A stretch of DNA of 64,000 nucleotides from Octopus vulgaris (GCA_951406725.2 OX597816.1:179676001-179740000), one strand, 5' to 3'. Shown: positions 42,646 to 55,935, counted from the first letter of the stretch. Translations and numbers: made by a program. Notes: generated from the sequence alone by a model not told the origin.

Positions 42646-43529
42646 CAAGGTGATCTCAGAACGTCTCGCACTAGTTCTATAGCACGCCAACAGATGGCGC
42701 AATGAGAACTAGCAGTGATCTTCATATGGCAGTGTACCCAGTGACATCGCTGTGTTTACTTCGAAAGTTGTGAGAGTTGTTTTTGTGATCACGTGTTTGC
42801 TGTAGTCTGCGATTTTTGCCATGGTCTGGAAACTGGAACAAAGATCCAACGTGAAATTTTGAGTTAAACTTGGGAAGTCTGCTATAGAGACATTGAATAT
42901 GTTTCGGCAAGATTACGGCGACGAGGCTATGTTTCAAGTGGCACGAGCGCTTCAAAAGGCATGACTGAGCCGGAGCTCATCGTTCTTTTCGATGCGGTAT
43001 TCTGCATTGAGAATCGAGAGTTCTTCTGCGACGTTTTGAAGCGTTTGAGAAGGGACTTTCGGCGAAAATGACCGGATCCATGGAGTGCGAAGTATTGGAT
43101 TCTTCATGACGACAATGCACTATGTTACCGGGCTATCCTCACTCGTGAGTTACTCGCCAAAAACAACATGGCATCGCTTCCACACCGACCCCTTTCGCCT
43201 GATTTAGTACCTGTGAGCTCCCATTTCTTTCTCGAGATGAAAATGCAGCTCAAGGATGGCCTTTTTTTTTTACACCGTTGTCGAGAATCAGAGAGAATCG
43301 CCGAGGGTCCTCGATTCCCTTACAAAAAACGACTTCCAGGCCGGGTTCCAAAATTGGCAGGAACGCTGGGGCCGGTGTATTCCTGAGCAATGTGATTTTT
43401 TCAAAGGAAATGATGTTAAAATTCAGGTAAATAAGTTAATTTTTAATAAACATAACTAGTCTGGGATATGTTTTATTATTACCCACAAGGGAAACATAAC
43501 TAGTCTGGGATAGTGTTGATGTCACCTCG
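42646..43529 (+). mobile_element. Internally deleted mariner transposon
   Basis: TA-flanked degenerate TIRs. Remnants LEQRSNVKF*VKLGKS, WILHDDNA, PHRPLSPDL and FQNWQERWGRCI. Confidence 0.85.
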
Positions 43530-43890
43530 TATGTGTGTGCGTACGTATGGTGGTTCGTGAGTGTGTACCATTATGGTTTCTTGAAATGTGGATTGCATGT
43601 TTAACAGCATAAGGGTCTTATACTATCATCCGTTTCTACGTAGTTATTAGAACTGCAAGAAACAGCAGTTAGACCTCTTTACAAATGTGTCTTCTATGGC
43701 AAAGATTGTAATAAAGAAAAAAATATATATTCGATAATTGAAACCTAGTTATCTCTGGAAAACGCTGACGGAATAGTCACAACTGGAATGTCTTTGGCGA
43801 CAAGCCTGCACAATCAGCACTGCCATATAACAAAAACACTATCATCATCAACAACCACAACAACAACAACGACGACGACGACGACAACAA

Positions 43891-43922
<32 letters not shown>

Positions 43923-43940
43923 ACAACAACAACAACAACA

Positions 43941-43981
<41 letters not shown>

Positions 43982-44223
43982 AGCAACTGTTATATCAATT
44001 AACTGTCAGAAACGTCATTCCAACAGTATTAAAAATAAACTGCTTATAACAGCTTCGGCCTCCAAATAAAACAGTCATGTTTTTAACATAGCACTTCATG
44101 CTTCAATGAATAAAAATCAATCGATGAATTACATTATGCAATAAAATTATCCGATTGATTAAGCCACATTTAGAAATTCTGTTACAATTTCACACACCAT
44201 ACATACATACATACGTACATACA

Positions 44224-44287
<64 letters not shown>

Positions 44288-44292
44288 TATGT

Positions 44293-44349
<57 letters not shown>

Positions 44350-44613
44350 TATGTGTATATATATATATGTATGTATCTGTATATCTACGTGCCTTATGTG
44401 TGTGTGTATGTGAGTGTGTGTGCGTGTGTGTGTTATTGATCAATGTGTGATAAATTTATTTCTTCTGCTCATCTGCTATTAAAAGATTTGAATAGATGCC
44501 AGCACTATTTTAGCGTATTTGATTCCTAAATTGTATTAGGCCTATCAAGTTTTACGAATGCCCTGCACACATACGCACGCACACACCGCAAGCGCGCGCG
44601 CACACACCGCAAG

Positions 44614-44665
<52 letters not shown>

Positions 44666-44915
44666 GCGTAAATGGAATGACTTGCGAACAATAAATCACG
44701 CTGCATGCATTAAAGTAAGTGCATGCATATTCTATAAACCGTTTCCCTAGACGTATCCGTGTTTCTAATGAAAAAAATAATATAAATATTTTGCCGAATA
44801 TAATTACTGGTGTTTGACTGTGAAATTTGAGCCCTTTCAGATGAATAGCTTTTACGCATATGCAATTCTTAATTCACTTTCAGTTGTTATATCGAACTTC
44901 TGTTGCTTCGGTAAA

Positions 44916-45288
44916 TCTCTCTATATATAAAAGGCAGTTTGTCTGTGTGTGTTTCTGTGTGTCTGTTAGGTTGTACCCTCACCCTGACCAAGGCTTTCAA
45001 CCGATTCTGATGAAACTTGACACACTCACAGCCCAATGTCATAATTCAAAACTAACGCAGCGAAAATTTTGAAAAGTTCCCCCAGGTCTGAAAAAAATCG
45101 ATAAATTCGACATGGGGTCGAGAATCAGAAACCCAAACCACAGACTGTCTAGGAGACGCAACTCGACCTTTTTAACTAAAAAAAAAAAATTTACCATCAT
45201 TTTTTTCCATTTTTTGGCTATAACTCTCTAAAAATGCTTTATAGTTACTTCCCTTACAAACCCGAGCAACGCCGGGCGATACTGCTAG
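44916..45288 (+). mobile_element. Non-autonomous Helitron
   Basis: 5' TC, 3' CTAG preceded by the GC hairpin CCCGAGCAACGCCGGG; inserted between A and T. Confidence 0.85.
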
Positions 45289-45510
45289 TTGGTTATAAAA
45301 ACAGCGGTTATTCTGTCACCTTGCTAATGAAAGTGAGGTGTATACATATTATTCATTTTTCTAGGTGTGCGTGTGTGGTTGTGAAACTTGTTTCCCACCA
45401 TGTGGTCCTGTGTTCAGTCCCACTGCACGGCTTCTTCTAATATAGGCCTAGGCCAACCAAAGCCTTGAGAGTGGATTTGGTAGACAGAAAATAAGTAGTG
45501 GCGTTGATTT

Positions 45511-45756
45511 CAGTTCTATATTTAAGAGATGAGGAATTATGTACATTATTTACATTGTTTTTACATTTGACAGATATTTGTCCTCGTCTTGTTTGTTGAT
45601 AATACAACATTTCGGTTGATATACCCTCCAGCCTTCATCAGGTGTCTTGGGGAAATTTTGAACCTGGGTTCTCATTCCCAAGGTATTTTTCGATGTTGTT
45701 GTTGTCATCATCATCATCATCATCATCATCATTATCATCATCATCAGCATCATTAC

Positions 45757-45849
<93 letters not shown>

Positions 45850-45862
45850 TCTTCTTCTTCTT

Positions 45863-45941
<79 letters not shown>

Positions 45942-46010
45942 TCACTGCCTGGAATCGAACTCGGTATCTTGGGGCTAGTAGCCCGCGCTCTTAACCACTA
46001 CGGGCATATA
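45511..46010 (-). mobile_element. Solo PLE pseudo-LTR / SINE-like unit: tRNA-like head, trinucleotide tract and hammerhead motif
   Basis: Head GTAGTGGTTAAGAGCGCGGGCTAC..GAGTTCGATTCCAGGCAGTGACCTGAAT matches 27150-27197. Tail 45511-45695 matches 27905-28070. HHR GACAC-CUGAUGA-A-GGCUG..CAACC-GAAA at 45601-45646. Confidence 0.8.
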
Positions 46011-46224
46011 GCGTTGTGTAAATATTGTAAATAATGGGGTTGATTTGTTCGACTAAATCCTTCAAAGTGGTGGTCCCAGTATGTCTACAGTCCAATGACT
46101 GAAACGAGTATACAAGATACAGAAATTCAGAATTTGTTTATATGTTTACGTTTTCGACAAAGTTTGTGAAAAACAGTCCATTCTACCACAAAAATGTTTC
46201 GGCTCATGCGCTCTTAAATTTACG

Positions 46225-46548
46225 GCAAAGGCTGCCTTCGGTCATGACTGCCCATGGGATTGCACCTAAACAGTTACTCTCCAAGGCACAAGTCTGGACA
46301 AAGTTGCTTTATGGAAGACCAGCAGTCACCCATGCATACTAGTCTCTTTCTTTACGCCACCGAAGTTATCGAAGGAGAAGGCAAAGGCCGATACAGCTTG
46401 GCACCAGTGACATTGCAACTCACTTCTACAGTTGAGTGAAGTGGAGCAGCGTGAAATAAAGCATTTTCCTCAAGAAAACAACACATTTCGGTCCGAGAAT
46501 CGAATTCACTACCTTCTACATTCTAACCTCTGAGCCATGCGCCTTCAA
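46225..46548 (-). mobile_element. Diverged tRNA-derived SINE (fourth family)
   Basis: Head GAAGGCGCATGGCTCAGAGGTTAG..GAATTCGATTCTCGG, followed by a CORE/V-like central block (CTTGAGGAAAATGCTTTATTTCACGCTGCTCCACTTCACTCAACTG). Confidence 0.6.
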
Positions 46549-47129
46549 CACTGAGCCATGCGCTTTTAAACTTAAAGCTTTCACTATGAAATATTTTGTA
46601 CCCTTCTGAGCTCCGAAACTCTGAAAGCTGAATAACGTCTTTGCTTATTTGATCAAAACAGAAAGAAATTTCCAGGTATGGCTGTGTGGTTAAGAAACTC
46701 GCATCACTACCATCTGGTTTCAGGTTCAGTCTCAGTCCGTGTCACATTGATGAAGTGTCTTCTGTTACAGTGCCGGACTGATCAGTGTCTTGTGAGTGAG
46801 TTTGGTTGAAGGAAACAGAGAGGAAGCCCATGGGTATATCTTTTACCACTTACTTGCTTCAGTCACTAGACTGATGTACCGCCTTGAAGAATTTTGGTCT
46901 AACAAATAACAAATCGATTCCAGTACTTGTGTTTGTAAGCGTGGTATTTATTCCATCAATCTCTTTTGCTAAACCGCTAACTTACGGGGGACGTAAACAC
47001 ACCAACACCGACCGTCAGGTTGCGCGTGGGGGTTACAAACATACACTGACACATACGTGCAGGTGCAAACTTATGCGCTGCCGAAAAAGACATTTTTTTC
47101 CAAATACGCCAGCTAAGCTAAGTTGTACT

Positions 47130-47460
47130 GTCTATAGTCGTAAGACACCCGGTATTTTTGTCCTGCTATTACTATTATTGTTTTTTGTATTTATATTCGT
47201 GTGGCATCGTCCGTTTTTCTGTCCTTATTTCGTATACATTCGATCCTTTTTCCAAGAAATCTAATGCTCGTAGCTTAGTTTTTCCTTGGGGCTGGCCGGA
47301 TCGGAGCGATCTCAAGATTAATCAGCCGAAATTGCAAGGATGATCCGGTTCTTGACTGAAGATTGAAGGCTTCGAATGTCCCGTCCGTGTTTTTTGTATC
47401 GTCTTCTAAATGTTTTGCGTTCTTGTCCAAGTTTGTATATTTTACATATAACATATATAT

Positions 47461-47526
<66 letters not shown>

Positions 47527-47920
47527 GTATATGTCTGTGTACACACACACATATACATAAAAATGGAACAAAAACGCAATAGAGGACAGTAAAACATTCG
47601 GACAGATAGACGATACAAAGGCAAACAAGAGAAACAACAATTAGAAGGATAGGCAAAAAAGACGGGTCATTCGTGGCCTTCTTTCTTCAGTCAAGTACTA
47701 GAAGTTACGACCGTTTCGGGCAGTTACACTTGAGACGGTTCGATCTGATTGCCCCCACCAAAAGTCTAAGCTAAGAGCATTAGACCCCTTAGTAAGAAAG
47801 CTAGCGAATGTGTGCGGTAACAAAGACAAAAAAAAAAAACGAACATGGTACACAAAAAGACAAAAAAAAAACGGTACACAATTACGAATACAAACAGCAG
47901 GTGTCTTTCGACTGAGAACG
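47130..47920. mobile_element. Two diverged, inverted copies of a PLE-like terminal repeat around an (AT)n tract
   Basis: 47130-47410 vs reverse complement of 47655-47915 (CTTGACTGAAGA..AAGGC..CGAATG.CCCGTC, TCTAATGCTC.TAGCTTAG). Confidence 0.55.
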
Positions 47921-48484
47921 AATCCAATTGAGCTGGTGTGTATGAAGTGAAAGTCTAAAGGCAGGAACATAGGAGATGGACATAAGAGATGTTGGCAGTC
48001 GGCGATCAGGTCAAGAAAGAAAGATCATGGCTGACCGGACACCAGTTACCAGGAGGAGAGATGGATAAGAGGCAGAGGGCTCGAAGGATTAGAAAAAAAA
48101 TCAGAGACAAAGAGAAAGGTACAGGGGAGATAAACGAGTGGGAAATAGTGGGAATTAAAGAAAGAGTGGACCAAGAAATGTGAGACAGAGGGGGAGGGAG
48201 AAAAAGAAAAAGGAAGAAAGTAAGAGGGGGACTAAAAGATAGAGTAAGAGTCGTACAAAATTTAGATACACACCTACTATAAGGAGAGCACAAGTGTGTA
48301 CGTACGCCGCTATATGTATATATAATATAAAAATGGAACAAAAACGCAATAGAGGATAACACACACATACACACATATAAGTTAAACCCTCCTTCTTTCC
48401 TTCTTTCCTGAGCGTCCACTAATACTATATTTGTTCCACGTCCTCGCGTTATTGTGTTTTTTTGTGATTTCTTGTTTGGATTAG

Positions 48485-48571
<87 letters not shown>

Positions 48572-48572
<1 letters not shown>

Positions 48573-48954
48573 TAGCAGTATCGCCCGGCGTTGCTCAGGT
48601 TTGTAAGGAAATAACTATAAAGCATTTTTAGAGAGTTATAGCCAAAAAATAGCAAAAAAATGGAAAAAAATGATGGTAAATTTTTTTTGAGAGTTAAAAA
48701 AGGTGTAGTTGCGTCTCCTAGACAGTTTGTGGTCTGTGTTTCTGATTCTCGACCCCATGTCGAATTTATCGATTTTTTTCAGAACTGGGGGAACTTTTCA
48801 AAATTTTCGCTGCGTTAGTTTTGAATTATGACATTGGGCTATGTGTGTGTCAAGTTTCATCAGAATCGGTTGAAAGCCGTGGTCAGGGTGAGGGTACAAC
48901 CTGACAGACACACAGAAACACACACAGACAAACTGCCGTTTATATAGAGAGAGA
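48572..48954 (-). mobile_element. Non-autonomous Helitron (same family as 44916-45288)
   Basis: Near-identical reverse complement with TC...CTAG termini. Confidence 0.87.
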
Positions 48955-50026
48955 TACATAGATATATAAATATACGATGGTCTTCTCATGGTTTCCGACT
49001 ACCAAATCAGCAAAGAATCCAATAGAATAAGTATGAAACTTAAAAAACCATTAATAAGAACGGTGTGGGATGGAGAGGGGTAGATTTGTTTGACTGAGCC
49101 CTTGAAGGTGGAGCCTCAGTATGGCCACAGTCCGATAATTGAAACAAGCGAGAGAATAAAAGAATATTGATAAAAAGGAGACAATTCACAGAAGTGTCTG
49201 GGAAAGTGAGAATGGGAAAGAAAGTGAATTGAAAGCCAGTAAGAAGTATATAAGAAAGCGTGTGTGCACTGAAGAAAGTTAGGTGTTGTCGAAAGAAATC
49301 TGTTTTAAAAATCCAAAGAAGCAAGAGAAAAAATAGTTGATAAAAAAGGAAAATAGAGAGTGAAAAATAAAAATAAGAGAGAGAGAGAGAGAGAGAGGTG
49401 GGAATATGAGAAGAGACAGATAGATAGAGATAAAGAGTGGTGGGGAGAAGAGGCGAGAAGAGATAGATATATAGAGATAGAGAGAGAGAGGGAGTGAGTG
49501 AGAGAGAGAGAGAGAGAGAGAGGAGAGTGAGGAGGGTGAGTGTTCTATATGAAACGGTAATGTCATTCCGTTATGAGTCTTTGACGAAGTGAAGACCTAA
49601 AAAAACTTATCTCGGCAGGATTGCATAATTATGTAATTATATTCACTGAAACATGTGTCAGATAACGTAATTAAACAATTTATGTACCGGCTCCCCTATT
49701 TTGTTGCTTTCTAAATGTAGCCGTTGATCTTACTGGAAACAAGTGAAAGGAAACTTGAACTATAATACATAAGTTCTCCTAGTTTTTTTTTCGATTTATA
49801 AAGATTCATATGCAGTTGTATGTCTTGCAATTTAAATCGCTTTATAAAATTATGTGTATGTGTGTAACTTACATACATACAACATATATATAGTATGAAA
49901 TAACGGGCTATATAACTGACATGATATACATGGATTCTATTTATACATGTATTCACATATTTAGTTTTATATACATAATTGCTTTTAAAATAAGCAAATG
50001 CAGCACTTCTAGTTGATAGCATCCTC

Positions 50027-50255
50027 AGTTCAAGACTTAGGGCATACCTGTAAGTTCAAGACTTAGGGCATACCTGTAAGTTCAAGACTTAGGGCATACC
50101 TGTAAGTTCAAGACTTAGGGCATACCTGTAAGTTCAAGACTTAGGGCATACCTGTAAGTTCAAGACTTAGGGCATACCTGTAAGTTCAAGGCTTAGGGCA
50201 TACCTGTAAGTTCAAGACTTAGGGCATACCTGTAAGTTCAAGACTTAGGGCATAC
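50027..50255. repeat. 26-bp minisatellite, ~8.8 copies (AGTTCAAGACTTAGGGCATACCTGTA)
   Basis: Head-to-tail exact copies with one A>G variant and no spacers. Confidence 0.95.
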
Positions 50256-51002
50256 ATATATTCAGGCACTTTTCTCCATGAGCTGAGTGAATATTTCGAG
50301 TGGCTTCAGCTGCAGAGTTCCTTTTTTTAAAACTCATAAAGCATTATGTGCCTCAAATGCGACTTAGACGCTACCATGTTCGAAGTGAAATTTCGATTAG
50401 ATTATCCTGCAAAAGGAGATTTAATTTCTTTAAATATGTCTAAATACATATAAATATTACTTGATGCCATTAGACATTATAAAATATTGTTAAATAGTTT
50501 ACAAATTGAAAATATAGAAGTCTAGACATTACGTATGGGATGACCTGATTTGTCTCTTCTCAAAGCTCGTTTTTCCAGTGTTCAGCATTTCACATCGTCT
50601 TGGCTCAACAGCCCTCACCGTTTGTTTCTACTGTTTTGTTCTCACTGTCCTGTTTTTGTTACCACTTTCACCCTCCGCAAAAAATCCCAAATTTGATTTA
50701 ATTTGCTTTGCAGGAAGGATTGTTTTAACGAAATCGCATCTTGTCCTTACCTTCGTAACGCGGAGTAGATGAAACAGAGGACAACTGATGAAGGGAATGT
50801 TCTTTATGTTGCATGTTTCGTTTCTCTGTCTTTTCGTTATTCGAAAAAAGTTCGTTTTCTATGTTTTTGTTTTTTATATTCTTGTTTCTCATTCTGTCCA
50901 CTTTTTTTTTTACGCATATATGCATGTATATATACACATATATGTAGGTATGTACATATAAGTATGTATATATGCACATATTTATATATATATATATATA
51001 TA

Positions 51003-51057
<55 letters not shown>

Positions 51058-51289
51058 GCAGACAGATAGACAGACAGACGGATAGATAGACAGAGGGAGA
51101 TATAACATTACAGCAGAGTATTATGGATAGGTAGAATCGATAAAATAAAGTATCATTCGAATACTAAAATCGTTATAATCGATGATACACATCCGCGTAA
51201 ATCTGAAGCATTGTGACTATTTTAGGAAATAATATTGTTTTTACTATAAGTTCTTGATACTATCTGCAAATATTGATTTCAAATTTTTG

Positions 51290-51685
51290 GTAGAAGGCCA
51301 GCAGTTTTGGGGGAGAGAGAAGTCAATTATATCGACCCCAGTGTTCAAATGGTACTTATTTTATCGACCCCGAAAGGATGAAAGGCAAAATCGACCTCCG
51401 CGAAACTTGAACTCAGAACGTAAAGACGAACGGAATGCCACTAAGCATTTTTCCCGGCGTGCTAACGATTCTTTTCTTCTCTAGTCACAAGGCCAGAAAA
51501 TTTTGGGGAGGGGGCCAGTCGATTAGATCGACCCCAGTACGCAACTGGTACTTAATTTATCGACCCCGAAAAGATGAAAGGCAAAGTCGACCTTGGCGGA
51601 ACTTGAACTTAGAACGTAAAGACGGACGAAATGCCATTAAGCATTTTTCCCGGCGTGCTAACGATTCTGCCAACTCGCCGCCGTT
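51290..51685 (-). mobile_element. Two tandem SINE family B copies
   Basis: Duplicated CGACCCCGAAA.GATGAAAGGCAAA.TCGACC..GAACGTAAAGACG..CCGGCGTGCTAACGATTCT blocks. Confidence 0.85.
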
Positions 51686-51946
51686 TGCTACAATCATTAT
51701 TTCTCTTGCAACACCCCTCTCTCTTTTTCTAGTCATTACTCTACCGTCCCACTGCTTTTCTCTCACACACAGTCTTTCGTTTGTCTATATTCTTTCTCAG
51801 CACCCATGTTCCTTCTACTATCACTTTAATATCCTTTGTCTTTGTGACATACGTAGCTACCACACGTCTTTCTTGCTATTCGGTCTTGCCTGTTTAAAAC
51901 TAACATCAAAAGAATTACATTTCAAACTTTTTCTCTCACGTCAGAC

Positions 51947-52114
51947 CAATGCTCCGCAACTTTTTTTCACTTGCGGTAACCTTATATTCTTTTCGAAATT
52001 CGGCGGCACACCTGAATTAAATATATAACTAAGAGTATAGTGAAAAAATTATTCTCAGGTTACACTGCGGCACACCTAGTATCGTCATATCGGAATACCG
52101 GTTGCGGAGCACTG
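51947..52114. mobile_element. hAT-superfamily MITE
   Basis: TIRs CAATGCTCCGCAAC / GTTGCGGAGCACTG; 8-bp TSD CGTCAGAC / GGTCAGAC. Confidence 0.85.
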
Positions 52115-53206
52115 GGTCAGACACACACACTTTGGTTTCGTTTTGTTTCATATTGTTTCGGTCAAGGAAAACGAATGTATTTTCTGTACTTCCTTCCTCC
52201 CTTATCCATGTTCTTTATGGAGTTTCTGTTCAAGTCGTTTGGACCTACACTTTACATTTTTCATGTCTTGTGAGTCTCGTATTCACTGTCTGTTATATCG
52301 AAAAATACTTAATTATATATCCTCGACGCTTTTGCATCTCTTCCTCTCCAGATCGATCTTCGACAGATGTTTCTAGAAGTGTTGATGAAGTTAGAGACAT
52401 GAAGTACTGATTTAAGTATCAAAACTGCAAAAATTCGTTATTACGAATTTGAATATTAAAATTATTTGATTTTAATTTACAAAGTAACATTGTTATTAAA
52501 AAAGGTTCCATCATTTTGTTAAAATTTTGACATACTAGAAGACTTAAAAAATGAAAGCCAGAAGTACCAATATAGCTAAAGTTTTATGCAAAGTAGAATA
52601 GTATATCTGGTAGGCAAATTCATTATGTAAAAAATAGGCATTGGGTCAAGACTAAAAATGTGAAGACTTGGCAATATTTTAGGCAATAACTCAAGCAAAT
52701 TTTTCTGTGAATTATTTGTTATAGGTAGCTTTTATTGTAATATATAACTAATTTTTGTATTATTCTATTTATTGTACTAATTATGTACTACTATTACTTT
52801 TTATGACGTATTTTCAAATTTCTAATTATTAATTAATTATTAAAAAATGAATTTTTTCAAAGTGCAAAAAATATTTTGAATTATTTTTTATTTTTAATAG
52901 AAGAAACAAGTAATGACAAATAGAAGTAATAACTTGTAATAACATTTTTTAGTTTTAATATTTTCTAAATCTGAATATTTTATCTGAAATTTTATCTGAA
53001 ATTTTATCTGAAATTTTATCCTTAGCTGCAAATATTTTAAGTAAAAATTTTCTTGTTCTGTACTTTACCAGATGTAATAATTTGTCCTGAACTTTTCCAA
53101 GCGTAATAACTTGTCCTGTACTTTTTTCCAGGTTTATAATCTTAAGAATATTATTTCTCTTGCTCGCATTTTTCCATGTAATTAATATATGGGCCTAGAT
53201 GATCTA

Positions 53207-54090
53207 TTATTTTCCACCTGATATCATATGGAGTCCCTTTGGATCTTTGAGGTGCTCCACATGGCGGACCAGGGACTTGACAAGCAGTCTTTCTTGGACT
53301 CTGAAGGTCGACTGGTGGTTGCGGAAGCGACGTTTAAAACATGTACTGGCTGGTCCGATATAATTACAAACTTGGGATGTGGCCATATTCGCACTCCTGG
53401 TATATGTCTGATAGGCTCCGGACCTGGGGATGCTGTTGGTGACACCGTTGCTGAGGCAGTCGATATGGCGCAATGATTCGGCAGTCTTGTCGCCGTGATC
53501 ATCACTACTGGTCCAATGGTTGGCGATGCAGCTGCCGACGCTAGTGCGGGTGCTGCCGGTGGTAACATATGGTGTGGGGCTGGTTACCCCATCGGTGTTG
53601 ATAATTGTTTGGTCATCATCTGTGGTAGTGGTACTGGGAACGCAGGATACCTCCTCTGTGTCGCTGGTCCTGGATTGGTCATCATCTCTAGGTGTAGCGA
53701 TTGTACTGGTGGTCACTTTCGGTGCAGGGCTGGTCACTCTATCTGTGTCTATGATAATGATTTGTTCATCATCTGTGGTGGTGGTGGTATTGGGGACGTT
53801 GGCTACGTCCTTTATCACGCTGGTCTCGGACTGGTCATCATCTCTGGCTGTGGCGATTGTACTGGAGTGAGATCTGCTAATATTGCACCTAATATAAAAA
53901 GCATTTTTAACAAATACCCACAATACAAGGGAGGAGGCAGGTTGTTGTTGCAGGGTATATAATAACTTTCCAGTAGGAGGCCGATGCGAGGCTGAAGGAG
54001 TCATCTATGAAGCTACGGTGACACCTAGACTTGCTATCCGCATTACCAGCAATGTACCATCCAACAGCAATATTAGCAGATTAACCAGAT
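53207..54090. mobile_element. Rearranged PLE GIY-YIG endonuclease remnant (two halves on opposite strands)
   Basis: Plus strand ~53870-54030: PNIKSIF and, in another frame, GCCCRVYNNFPVGGRCEAEGVIYEATVT. Minus strand (ORF 53207-54004): Thr/Asp-rich repeats, then NYIGPASTCFKRRFRNHQSTFR..LVRHVEHLKD. Confidence 0.7.
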
Positions 54091-54119
54091 TTCACGCTAT
54101 ACATAAAAGTTCTGAACCT

Positions 54120-55184
54120 TTCACGCAACACCACCCTATCTTGTAGCCCATGGCCCAACAGGTGATTTTTAATTTTAAGAAATTATGCGCCAAACACCTA
54201 TTTCGTCGATGTTTTGAAGCCACCGAAAACACAAATTTAACCTTTCGTGAGTTTTGGAAGGAGCACTGCAACATTGTCAACTGCTTGAAAATCATTGATA
54301 TGGCCTGGCAGAGTGTAACAAGGAGAACTCTAAATTCCGCATGGAAGAAACCGTGACTGACTGCGTATCCGAAAGAGTCTGAGACATCTGTAGTCGAGGA
54401 GATAGTGTATCCTGGCAAGTCTATGGGCAATGAGGTTGATGATGGGGATGTTAACGATTACGACGAGGAACACTCAGAGGGGTTGACCACAGATGAACTC
54501 CTGCAGCTTCAGGAGCAGCAGCATTTGGATGCGGTGGAAGAGATTGGTTTCAAGGAAGAGGACAGTATAACAGAGAATGCAATCTCTTGGCAAAGTGGCA
54601 GTATGTTTTCTAAATTTGTAGAAAAATATCATCTTGAAAAAGTCGGTAGAGGTGGTGCAGTTGCTTTATTTAATGACTCTGCTCTGGCGGCGCATTTTCG
54701 CAACATTTTGAAAGGCGGGAAAAAACAGACTTCTCTCGATATGTTTCTAAGGAAACGACCTGCAAGTGTTAAAAGTGAAGTGCGCCCAAAATGCCTAAAT
54801 TAAACGGAGAGAGAAAAGGCCAGAAACTGTTCTTCCTGAAGTCTTAATGGAAGGGGAATCTCCTTCCAAGCAGTAATCCTTCTTCTCCCCGTTCAATCGT
54901 CTTCCTCGCGCACAAATAGTGCCATCTTTAACTTAATTCAGTTAATAAATCCTGTTTACATATTTCTTTTGCATTCTCTTTTTTGTAATTGTCATTTTAC
55001 TTGTAGCTACACCTTCTCGGTTTTAAAGCTCATAAAAAATTATTTTTGTCTGGTTTTGGGAGGCTGGAACGGATTAATTATACTTTAGTTAATTTCAGTG
55101 GGGAAAATTGATTTGTAAAATGAGTAAATCGTAAGACGAGCTCGGCCATGGAACGAATTAAATTCGTACAGCGAGGTATCACTC
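54120..55184 (+). mobile_element. 3' part of a pogo/Tigger transposon
   Basis: PMAQQVIFNFKKL (QPMDQ-like), AWQSVTRRTLNSAWKK and HFRNILK..KKQTSLD motifs; 3' TIR-like CGAGGTATCACTC-TA. Confidence 0.85.
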
Positions 55185-55861
55185 TATTGAATATATAAAA
55201 ACCTAATTTCATTTTCAAATGCTCTTAATTTGGCTCGGCATACACATCCTTATCGATCTAAACTCGAAAATGTTCGTCTTAATCGAGAATTTTGCTAAAC
55301 GCTCTGCACATATTAATATTCATTTTTTTGTATGTGAACATTTTATATTTGTAATTACTATGTATTTATAACGTGAGAAAATAATTTAATCGTTATCATT
55401 CAGACGAAATATCGATATAAGTTTATTAATATATACATTAGCGTATAAATGCATGCACACACACAGACATAGCTCCATATAGAAAACAGTAACACCAAGA
55501 ATCAATTTATATTGAATGAAAGGCAATGGCGTTTATTGGCTGTTACTAAAAGCCTTATAGTTGTAGGTCAGAAATACTTGAATATTTATGGAAAACGAGT
55601 TCTGCTTGGTATTATGCACGTACGTACATACTAACATATGTACACGTACATAGATAATATGTACGTTATACACCTTTCGTATGAACGTACATAGGTAAAC
55701 GTACATACATTGCATTTATCTTTATTTTCATATATTTAATACACACACACACACACACGTATATTTCACATACATGTTCATATATATATATTACATATAT
55801 AATACATGTATGTATAATATGAATATATATGTGCGTTACATAAATATTGCATATATACAAT

Positions 55862-55935
<74 letters not shown>

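Noticed and set aside
50027-50255. CRISPR-like array
   Set aside because: Units are contiguous with no spacers, there are no cas genes, and the context is eukaryotic.
53207-54004. 265-aa host mucin-like gene
   Set aside because: Its N-terminus is the antisense of a GIY-YIG fragment and its C-terminus is a YIG remnant, so a rearranged PLE explains it better.
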